NCBI GenBank assembly: GCA_038205015.1 | Contig: JBBRCK010000006.1 | Span: 1 to 63,855 of the forward strand | From: Candidatus Levyibacteriota bacterium | GTDB lineage: Bacteria; Patescibacteriota; Microgenomatia; Levybacterales; UBA12049 | Direction: 5' to 3' | DNA length: 63,855 bases | Shown here: one piece after another, positions 19,320-26,949 of the stretch | Layout: each line of letters begins with the position of its first letter | How positions within the stretch are numbered: the stretch's first letter is position 1 | Notes under the pieces: model-generated | The model's input: only the letters and a program-made list of their open reading frames with translations | What the model was told of the DNA's origin: nothing | Database searches by the model: none | Program-made: the position numbers and the translations under genes

Positions 19320-19403
19320 AATTTTTCACCCCCTTTATTTTTATAATTTAATAAATTTAGCTCTTATCGCAATATCCTAAGGAAAAAATTTGACTTAATT
19401 AAA

Positions 19404-19613
19404 TTAAAGTTTAACTTCAGGCTTTTTAATTATTGTTTCTTTAGGTAGGAAGTTAATTAAAGCTTTTTCAACCAGAGTGGTTAAGCTTATTCCCTCAACT
19501 ACAGCTTGAGCTCTTGTTTGCTTAACTAAATCAGGATTAAGGAAAAGTGTAGTTCGTTGTTTTATATTAGTTGTTATACTACATATAGTAGTACTAGTTG
19601 TAACAGTTATCAA
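19404..19613 (-). CDS. Small ribbon-helix-helix-like DNA-binding protein (start uncertain)
   Basis: QRTTLFLNPDLVKQTRAQAVVEGISLTTLVEKAL fits a beta-alpha-alpha pattern. Confidence 0.55.
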   Translation of the reverse strand: MITVTTSTTICSITTNIKQRTTLFLNPDLVKQTRAQAVVEGISLTTLVEKALINFLPKETIIKKPEVKL

Positions 19614-19623
19614 TGACCAATAA

Positions 19624-19715
19624 CTTTTGAGGCTAATTTGCTCCGCGAGATAGTCCTGCTGACGCTGGATTCGCTTCGGCTCGACGATGTTAGAACCTGT
19701 TTTATATTATTGTAA
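19624..19715 (+). repeat. att-like scar S9 (tRNA-proximal)
   Basis: CTTTTGAGGCTAATTTGCTCCGCGA (19624-19648) is a perfect 25-bp copy of 20191-20215; motif B at 19683-19699; reads LLRE...LDDVRTCFILL*. Confidence 0.85.
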
Positions 19716-20169
19716 ACTTGATCTTGGGGTGCCCAGTTAGTTCGTCTACTACATCAATATATAGGTCAGGATATTTAGCCCTATATTCCCGTATTTTTTG
19801 TATTTCTTCTTTAACATCCTGTTCATATCCTGAAAACGAAATACTATTTATGTTGATTGCTATCTCTTCATACTCCTTTTGTAATTTATCTACATGCCCC
19901 TTAAGATTTGCTGGAGTACTTGAAAATCCTAATCCATGAGTTATATCTTTTGCCAAACCTCTTCCGAATGTTCGTTCATATTCAATAAATAAGTCTTTAT
20001 GGAATGATTGAGGTCCTAATGGCCATTCAGATTTTACTATTTGGCCTGTTGAAGTTCTAAACAATTGTCCTTCTAAATAGACTAAAGGTGGATGTCCCTT
20101 CGGATTAAATAATTCAGAAGATGGGTGCTCTACGACATTAGTTTTTAATAGTTCTTTCCCATCATCCAT
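19702..20169 (-). CDS. Hypothetical protein (first cassette cargo)
   Basis: 155-aa ORF between the tRNA end and S9; TGATATAAT-6-ATG. Confidence 0.6.
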   Translation of the reverse strand: MDDGKELLKTNVVEHPSSELFNPKGHPPLVYLEGQLFRTSTGQIVKSEWPLGPQSFHKDLFIEYERTFGRGLAKDITHGLGFSSTPANLKGHVDKLQKEYEEIAININSISFSGYEQDVKEEIQKIREYRAKYPDLYIDVVDELTGHPKIKFTII

Positions 20170-20207
20170 AAAATTATTATATCAGATGTGCTTTTGAGGC
20201 TAATTTG

Positions 20208-20279
20208 CTCCGCGACTAGGACTCGAACCTAGAACCTTGTCGTTAACAGCGACCTGCTCTACCATTGAGCTATCACGGA
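20208..20279 (-). tRNA. tRNA-Asn (GTT), CCA not encoded
   Basis: TCCGTGA...TCGCGGA-G acceptor stem, GGTCG-CTGTTAA-CGAC anticodon arm, GGTTCGAGTCC T-arm. Confidence 0.95.
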
Positions 20280-20370
20280 ATATTTTAATTTCGCATTAAC
20301 CCTGCTTTACCACCTACAGGCTTTCACAGAATACAAAATGAATTATATCGTGTATGGGAAAGTTTGTAAA

Positions 20371-21447
20371 TTAGCCTAAATAGTCTTTGAGCTTATTACC
20401 TCTTGAAGGATGTCGAAGTTTTCGCAGCGCTTTTGCTTCGATTTGCCTAATTCTTTCTCTAGTTACCGCAAACATTTTCCCAACTTCTTCTAATGTTTTT
20501 GGCCTTCCGTCTTTTAAGCCAAATCTTTCTTCCAGAACTCTTTTCTCTCTATCGGAAAGTGTTGAAAGAACTTGCTCTATTTGTTCTTTTAGAAGCTCCC
20601 TACTGGCTGTATCAAAAAGCGTAGGTGCTGAAGTATCATGGATAAAATCTCCAAGTCTTGAATCATCTTCATCTCCAACCGGAGACTCCAAACTTGCCGG
20701 TTCTTGTGATATTTTTATAATCTCTAACGCTTTTTCTTCGTCAATTCCTAAAGTTTTCGCGACTTCCTCGGGAGTTGGTTCTCTACCTAATTCTTGCATT
20801 AATTTCCTGGACGCTCTTAAAAATCGGTTGATGTTTTCGACCATATGAACAGGAATCCTAATAGTTCTTGCTTGATCTGCAATTGCTCTAGTTATTGATT
20901 GCCTAATCCACCAGGTTGCATAGGTTGAAAATTTATAACCTCTTCTCCAATCATATTTTTCAACTGCCCTAATTAATCCCTGATTTCCTTCTTGGATTAA
21001 ATCCAAAAGTGTTAAACCTCGCCCGACATATTTTTTGGCGATAGAAACAACCAATCTTAAATTTGAATTGATAAGCATTTGCTTGGCGTGTTTATCTTTT
21101 TTTTCAACTTTTTTAGCCAAAGAGATTTCTTGATCAAAAGTTAAAAGAGGAATTCTTCCGATTTCTTTTAAATACATTCTTACCGGATCAGAAACTGTTC
21201 CTTCTGTTAAAACAGTTAATGCTTCTAATTCTTTTTCTAAATCTTCTATTGGTTTCTCTTCGTCCGATACTGCGGCGACCGATTCAAAAACATCAATCTC
21301 TGAGCGCATTAATTTATCGTAAAGTTGGTCAAGCTCAGTTATGTGTTCTTCGGGGTGAGGGAAAATAGAAAGGATCTCTTCTTGTGTTATATATCCTCTT
21401 TTTTTAGCACCAGAAACAATGTCTGTAAGTATATTGGGCTGTTTCAT
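20371..21447 (-). CDS. rpoD: Primary sigma factor RpoD/SigA
   Basis: [47 protein letters not shown]...[13 protein letters not shown]. Confidence 0.97.
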   Translation of the reverse strand: MKQPNILTDIVSGAKKRGYITQEEILSIFPHPEEHITELDQLYDKLMRSEIDVFESVAAVSDEEKPIEDLEKELEALTVLTEGTVSDPVRMYLKEIGRIPLLTFDQEISLAKKVEKKDKHAKQMLINSNLRLVVSIAKKYVGRGLTLLDLIQEGNQGLIRAVEKYDWRRGYKFSTYATWWIRQSITRAIADQARTIRIPVHMVENINRFLRASRKLMQELGREPTPEEVAKTLGIDEEKALEIIKISQEPASLESPVGDEDDSRLGDFIHDTSAPTLFDTASRELLKEQIEQVLSTLSDREKRVLEERFGLKDGRPKTLEEVGKMFAVTRERIRQIEAKALRKLRHPSRGNKLKDYLG

Positions 21448-21487
21448 TGGTATATTTTAACAAAAATCGCTTCTAATTGAAACCTTT

Positions 21488-23254
21488 TTAGTTTTTTGGT
21501 AGTTCTGATAATAGTTTTGTAAAAGTTCCCTTAAGAATTTCTACTTTTTTTTCATCATTTTTAGCCTCGTTTTCTTTAATTTCGTCCGAAACAATTTTTA
21601 CCTTCTCCTTAACTTGAATTGTTAATAATTCTTTTGAAACTTTACTTACTTCCTCTTCATATTTAAAATCGTCTGAAAATTTAGGAAGCGGAAATAAATA
21701 ACATGTGTCAAAAGATGGGATTAATTCTTTGGATAAATTTTTCGAAAATATTTTTACATCTATCTTTTCTGATTTTTCTAACGATGAATTAATATTTTGA
21801 AATATTTTTTCAAAAGACTTATTTTCGAATTCATAATTTACTAGTAATTTTTTATTTTCGCTCACTACATCCTTAATGTTTTCACTTTGAATAATTAAGG
21901 ACAAAAGATATTCTTCTAAAAGCTCACGTCTGGTGGTTTTATCTTTTTTGGGAATTATGATTTTATCTTCCAGTTGTTTCTTGCTTAATTTATCTATTTC
22001 TTTAAAAAGTGTTTCCAGAGAAACGTCAATAGTTTTACTTAATTTTTTTAAGTAATGTTCTTTAATAATTTCGTTTGAAATATTAGAAATTAATGGAAGG
22101 AGAATATCGGTAATAATTTTTTTACCATCGGCTGAATTTTTATTATTTTCTTTAACTATCTTATCAACTAAAAAATCGTAAATCCCAACGCTTCCTTTTA
22201 CGGCAATTTTAAAAGCAGTTGGATCGTTTTTTATTGCTTCGTCGGGATCTTTTGCATCTTCTAAAACAATTGTTGAGGTTGTAAGGCCTTTCTTTTCTAT
22301 TACTTCCAAACTTCTTTTGGTTGCTTCAAATCCCGCACTATCTTGGTCTAAACAAAGAATTACTTTTGGAGTAAATCTTGCCAGTAGATTTACTTGATTT
22401 TCGGTTAGTGCCGTACCCTTTATCGCGACAACGTTTTTAAACCCTTCCATAAATAAAGCGATAACGTCAAACTCACCTTCTACAATTATTGCTTCCTGTT
22501 TTTTCTTAATTTCATCTTTTGCAATATTTAATCCAAAAAACATTCCTCCTTTATGATAAACAGACGTGTCTTTGGTATTGATATATTTTGGCATATCGGT
22601 TTCATTTAAACTTCTTCCCGAAAAACCCGAAATATTTCCGCGATGATCAAAAAGAGGAAACATTATTCTGCCTCTAAAAAAATCGTAAACTTTTCCCCCT
22701 CTTTCAAATGAAATTCCGGCATTAACTAAATCGATATTTTTATAGCCCTTTTTTTTAATTAAGTAATCTGAAAGTGCACTACCGGTATTGGGAGAGAAAC
22801 CAATTTCAAATGTTTCGATAATCCCTTTATTAATTTTTCTTTTATCTAAAAGGTATGATAATGCAATTTTTCCAGCCTGATGTTTATTTAGAATGTAATT
22901 ATAAAATTTTAAAGCATAGCCGTTAATTTTATAAATTTTTTCTTTCTCAGAATATTCTTCTTTTTTAAATCCGGATTCTTTAAGCTCTATTCCCGCTTTT
23001 TTGGCAAGCGTACGGAGACTTTCGGAAAATTCCATGTTTTCATATTCCATTAAAAAAGTGAAAACATCTCCACCCTTACCACAGCCAAAACAATGCCAAA
23101 TTTGTCTTTCTGGGGAAACTATAAATGAAGGACTGTTTTCACTATGAAACGGGCAATTTGATTTAAAATTTCTTCCGGCTTTTTTAAGCTGAAGATATTC
23201 AGAAATAAAGGAAACAATATCTATTTTTTCTTTAATCTTAGAGAGGTCATCCAT
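21488..23254 (-). CDS. dnaG: DNA primase
   Basis: CPFH...WHCFGC Zn finger, FRGRIMFP, KYIN, VEGEFD, CLDQDSAG, KDPD. Confidence 0.97.
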   Translation of the reverse strand: MDDLSKIKEKIDIVSFISEYLQLKKAGRNFKSNCPFHSENSPSFIVSPERQIWHCFGCGKGGDVFTFLMEYENMEFSESLRTLAKKAGIELKESGFKKEEYSEKEKIYKINGYALKFYNYILNKHQAGKIALSYLLDKRKINKGIIETFEIGFSPNTGSALSDYLIKKKGYKNIDLVNAGISFERGGKVYDFFRGRIMFPLFDHRGNISGFSGRSLNETDMPKYINTKDTSVYHKGGMFFGLNIAKDEIKKKQEAIIVEGEFDVIALFMEGFKNVVAIKGTALTENQVNLLARFTPKVILCLDQDSAGFEATKRSLEVIEKKGLTTSTIVLEDAKDPDEAIKNDPTAFKIAVKGSVGIYDFLVDKIVKENNKNSADGKKIITDILLPLISNISNEIIKEHYLKKLSKTIDVSLETLFKEIDKLSKKQLEDKIIIPKKDKTTRRELLEEYLLSLIIQSENIKDVVSENKKLLVNYEFENKSFEKIFQNINSSLEKSEKIDVKIFSKNLSKELIPSFDTCYLFPLPKFSDDFKYEEEVSKVSKELLTIQVKEKVKIVSDEIKENEAKNDEKKVEILKGTFTKLLSELPKN

Positions 23255-23324
23255 AGTTACTGGCTTATTCTATCAAAAGACTATTGCATTTACTAATCGC
23301 GTTAATTACAATACGCCTTGGATT

Positions 23325-24593
23325 ATGGCTGTAACTGTAATTATCGGCGCACAATGGGGTGATGAGGGAAAAGGTAAAATTATTGACTTCTTGTCTGAGA
23401 AGTCTGATATTATCATTCGCCATCACGGAGGAAACAATGCAGGGCACACGGTTGTAAATAAATACGGTAAATTCCCCATGCACCTTGTGCCTTCTGGAAT
23501 TTTTAATAAAAAGGCAAAAGCAGTTATTGGAAATGGTGTTATTTTAGATTTGGAAGTTTTGGTTAACGAAATTAAAATGCTTGAAAAAGCAAAAATTAAT
23601 TTAAGGGGAAGACTTTTTATTTCCCCTAGAGCTCATGTAATAATGCCCTATCACAAACTTTTGGATAGACTTTATGAAGAGGCAAAAGGCAAATATAAGA
23701 CCGGAACAACCGGAAGAGGAATTGGCCCAACCTATGCTGATAAGGTAAGTTATAACGGCATAAGATTAACAGATTTTTTTGATAAGGAAAATTTTAGACA
23801 AAAACTTAAAACCCAACTTCTGGTAAAAAATAAAATATTAAAAGCCCTCGGAGAAAAACCACTTTCGCAGAATTTAATTGAGAAAGAATATTACAAACTT
23901 TTTAATAAAATTAAACCGTTTATAAAAGAGGTGTTTTCTTTAGTGTTTGACGCATTAGATAAAAAAGAAATTTTAGTTGAGGGAGCACACGGAGTGTTTT
24001 TGGATAACGACTGGGGAACATATCCTTTTGTTACAGCGTCTACTGTTTTGCCGGGAGGAATGAATGCCGGCGTTGGAATTCCCCCGCAGAAAATAAAAAG
24101 AATCATCGGTGTTTCCAAAGCCTATATTACCAGAGTCGGTGGCGGACCATTTCCAACCGAACTTTTTGATAAAGACGGGGATTTACTGGTTGAAAAAGGA
24201 CACGAGTTTGGAACAACCACCGGTCGAAGGCGAAGAACCGGTTGGATAGATTTGGAACTTTTAAGATTTGCCGCCAAAATAAACGGATTTACCGATTTAG
24301 CAATTACTAAACTTGACGTTTTAGATGGCTTTAAGTCGGTTAAAATTTGCACTCATTATATTTTAAACGGCAAAAAAGTTAGATATGAGGATGGAGATGC
24401 GAATTTCTTGCAAAAAGTTAAACCTGTTTATAAAACTTTTAAAGGATGGGATAAAGAAACCAAGGGAATTAAAAACTTTAATGAATTACCAATTGAAGCA
24501 AAAAATTTTATAAAAGAGATTGAAAAATTATCCGGTGTAAAAATTTCCTATATTTCTACCGGACAAAACCGAAGCGAAACAATAATATTATAA
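23325..24593 (+). CDS. purA: Adenylosuccinate synthetase (variant IMP-site residues)
   Basis: GAQWGDEGKGK, NNAGH, IGTTGRGIGP-like, GTYPFVT, GTTTGRRRRTGW, TKLDVL. Confidence 0.93.
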   Translation: MAVTVIIGAQWGDEGKGKIIDFLSEKSDIIIRHHGGNNAGHTVVNKYGKFPMHLVPSGIFNKKAKAVIGNGVILDLEVLVNEIKMLEKAKINLRGRLFISPRAHVIMPYHKLLDRLYEEAKGKYKTGTTGRGIGPTYADKVSYNGIRLTDFFDKENFRQKLKTQLLVKNKILKALGEKPLSQNLIEKEYYKLFNKIKPFIKEVFSLVFDALDKKEILVEGAHGVFLDNDWGTYPFVTASTVLPGGMNAGVGIPPQKIKRIIGVSKAYITRVGGGPFPTELFDKDGDLLVEKGHEFGTTTGRRRRTGWIDLELLRFAAKINGFTDLAITKLDVLDGFKSVKICTHYILNGKKVRYEDGDANFLQKVKPVYKTFKGWDKETKGIKNFNELPIEAKNFIKEIEKLSGVKISYISTGQNRSETIIL

Positions 24594-24595
24594 TT

Positions 24596-25960
24596 ATGAA
24601 ACGTGGTTTCGTAACAGAACTATCTTCAATTACACCTCTTGACGGAAGATATAAACAAAAGACCAAAGATTTATCGGAATATTTAAGTGAATATGCCTTA
24701 ATTAAATACCGACTCGAGGTTGAAATTAAATATTTAATCGCTCTTTCACAAAATCAAATTATCAGAAACTTAACTTATAAAGAGAAACTATTTTTAAAAA
24801 AGATTTATAAAAATTTCTCTTTGATTGAAGCTTTAAAAGTTAAAGAACTTGAAAAAGAAACAAGACATGATATTAAAGCAGTTGAAAAATATTTAATTTT
24901 AATTTTTAATAAAACTTCGTTAAAAGATTTAACCGAGTATATCCATATCTGTTTAACCTCTGAAGATATTAATAATATCGCTTACCGCTTGATGTTAAAA
25001 AATGCTCTTTCCAAAATTATATTAACTGAGATTGAAAACATAAACAATAATCTTTACCAAATTTCCAGAAAACATAAGTCAACTTTAATGTTGGCAAGGA
25101 CTCATGGACAAGCGGCTGTTCCAACAACTTTTGGAAAAGAAATTTTTGTTTTTTATAAAAGACTTGAAAAAGAAATCAAGCTATTAAAAAAATTAGAACT
25201 TACAGGAAAATTAAACGGAGCGGTTGGAAACTTCAATGCGTTTTATTTTGTTTTTCCAAAAACTAATTGGATTAAATTTTCAAGAAAATTTATTGCTTCA
25301 TTTGATTTAAAACCCAACTTAATAACAACTCAGATTAACCCTCTTGAAGATGTTATTTCTCTTTTTCAAAACTTACAAAGAATAAACGGAATTTTAATTG
25401 ATCTAAATCAGGACTTGTGGCGATACATAAGCGACGACTTATTAAAACTTGCCGTTAAAACCAATGAGATAGGATCTTCAACCATGCCGCAAAAAGTTAA
25501 TCCAATTGATTTTGAAAACTCGGAAGGAAACTTAATCTTGGCAAACGGTTTTATGCAAACAATGATTGATAAGCTTTATATTTCAAGACTGCAGAGAGAT
25601 TTATCAAACAGCACAATCATCAGAAATATGGGAACTGCACTGGGATTTTGCTTAATGAGTTATAAAAGCTTATTAACAGGACTATCTCGCGTTGATATCA
25701 ATAAAGAAAAAATGTCTAACGATTTAAAAAATGATTGGACAATACTTTCCGAAGGATTACAAACATTTTTAAGAAGTGAGGGTTTTAAAGATTCTTATTA
25801 TTTTGTTTCCTCTTTTACTAAGGGTAAAAAACTGGACGAGAAAACTTGGAGAGAATTAATTAGCTCTTTAAAAATACCGCAAACTGATAAGGAAAAATTA
25901 TTTAAACTTACTCCCAAAAATTACATCGGAGCTGCTCAACAGTTAGTTACTAAAAAATAA
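24596..25960 (+). CDS. purB: Adenylosuccinate lyase
   Basis: PLDGRY, TRHDIKAVE, LARTHGQ, GSSTMPQKVNPIDFENSEGN, SRLQRDLS. Confidence 0.95.
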   Translation: MKRGFVTELSSITPLDGRYKQKTKDLSEYLSEYALIKYRLEVEIKYLIALSQNQIIRNLTYKEKLFLKKIYKNFSLIEALKVKELEKETRHDIKAVEKYLILIFNKTSLKDLTEYIHICLTSEDINNIAYRLMLKNALSKIILTEIENINNNLYQISRKHKSTLMLARTHGQAAVPTTFGKEIFVFYKRLEKEIKLLKKLELTGKLNGAVGNFNAFYFVFPKTNWIKFSRKFIASFDLKPNLITTQINPLEDVISLFQNLQRINGILIDLNQDLWRYISDDLLKLAVKTNEIGSSTMPQKVNPIDFENSEGNLILANGFMQTMIDKLYISRLQRDLSNSTIIRNMGTALGFCLMSYKSLLTGLSRVDINKEKMSNDLKNDWTILSEGLQTFLRSEGFKDSYYFVSSFTKGKKLDEKTWRELISSLKIPQTDKEKLFKLTPKNYIGAAQQLVTKK

Positions 25961-25962
25961 TA

Positions 25963-26928
25963 TTACTTGTCTTTAACTCTTTTATTTGATTTTCTTATCG
26001 GTGGTACCCCGGCTTTTATTTCTAACTCATGATATATCGATACAAACTGGTCATATCCAATTTTTATACCGGAGGATATATGAATTTTTCTAAGACTTAC
26101 TTGATCATTGGGATCTAATGATTTTAAATAACTTAACACTTCTCTTTTATGCTCTTCTCTTTTCCATCTAGTTTTTAATGCCCTGCTTTTACTTATTGGC
26201 TCAATCATTCTTAACCATAATAAAAATCTAGCTGCGTGTTCAACTTTTTCTAAACTAACTCCTAAGCTAATTGAAATTTCTTGATTACCATACCTTTTTA
26301 AACGAAGGTCTCTTACTTTAAATAAAAATTGGTTTTGCTCAGCAATAATTTGTTTTCCAGATGGAGTTGGAGAAGTTTTATTAAAAAGGATTAACGCTCT
26401 TGAAATTGTTTCCGCTCTTTTTATAGAGATTCCCAGTCTCTTTGCAACTTCTTTATTTGTTGTTCCGCTATTTTTTAAACTTAAGACATCACTTGCCTCA
26501 CCTATTCTGGCAAAAAACGATTCTTCGGCCTCAGGCAAGAAAAGAACTTTTTTGGACACTTTTGGCCTAGACAGTTTATTTTTTGGACTTGTTAATTCTT
26601 CATATTCGAAATCAAATCTAGTATATTCTTTTACCAAGCGATCACTTTCAAGAACTTTATTAAGCATTGAGTCTATTGTCGGGTCTTCTCTAATATCCCC
26701 ATATTCCTTAATCGGGGCAAAAGAACCAGTTTGTTGCCAAAGATGATAAAAGAATAAAAGCCTTTTGTCATCTAGTGGAATCTGCATTCTATCTAAAATA
26801 CTAATTGCGCGTCTTTGTTGTAGTGGAATCTCTTTTTCCCCCAAGCTTTTACGCAAGGTTGGTTCTCTTAAGACCAGTGGGGGTTCTTCTTGGATAGCGG
26901 GCATAGCAACGCCTAATCTTTCCCTCAT
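25963..26928 (-). CDS. Hypothetical protein with tandem HTH-like repeats
   Basis: GTTNKEVAKRLGISIKRAE and YGNQEISISLGVSLEKVE. Confidence 0.5.
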   Translation of the reverse strand: MRERLGVAMPAIQEEPPLVLREPTLRKSLGEKEIPLQQRRAISILDRMQIPLDDKRLLFFYHLWQQTGSFAPIKEYGDIREDPTIDSMLNKVLESDRLVKEYTRFDFEYEELTSPKNKLSRPKVSKKVLFLPEAEESFFARIGEASDVLSLKNSGTTNKEVAKRLGISIKRAETISRALILFNKTSPTPSGKQIIAEQNQFLFKVRDLRLKRYGNQEISISLGVSLEKVEHAARFLLWLRMIEPISKSRALKTRWKREEHKREVLSYLKSLDPNDQVSLRKIHISSGIKIGYDQFVSIYHELEIKAGVPPIRKSNKRVKDK

Positions 26929-26949
26929 CTTGCCGCGATTATATCAGTT

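Larger units (their letters stand above)
12496..20279 (-). mobile_element. tRNA-Asn-anchored tandem array of about 8 integrase-free gene cassettes
   Basis: Nine degenerate copies of the tRNA-Asn 3' end/flank (one weak), six followed by a GATGTTAGAACC-like motif; all lie between genes; no recombinase gene inside. Confidence 0.75.

Noticed and set aside
14486-19699. Motif B (GATGTTA(G/A)AA) as the XerD arm of dif/pdif sites
   Set aside because: No XerC arm at 6-bp spacing, and the region is near the origin rather than the terminus.
12496-19715. Scars as integron attC sites (CTAAT...GTTAG resembles R''/R' cores)
   Set aside because: Most are much shorter than typical attC sites and lack an extended hairpin; the cargo genes are antisense to the GTT strand; no IntI is present; and the left half is a copy of the tRNA 3' end.
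12496-19715. Repeats as a CRISPR array
   Set aside because: Spacing is 60-1650 bp and contains whole genes; the repeats are degenerate; no cas genes are present.
20285-20335. SRP-RNA-like hairpin (CCTG-TAGG...GTAA-AGCAG-G) in the tRNA-Asn leader
   Set aside because: The apical stem is too short for helix 8 and there is no supporting long helix; it needs a covariance-model search, so it is not claimed.
23325-24593. PurZ (2-aminoadenine pathway) instead of PurA
   Set aside because: The catalytic Asp in GDEGKG is retained (Ser in PurZ), and no dATPase, MazZ or phage polymerase is nearby.
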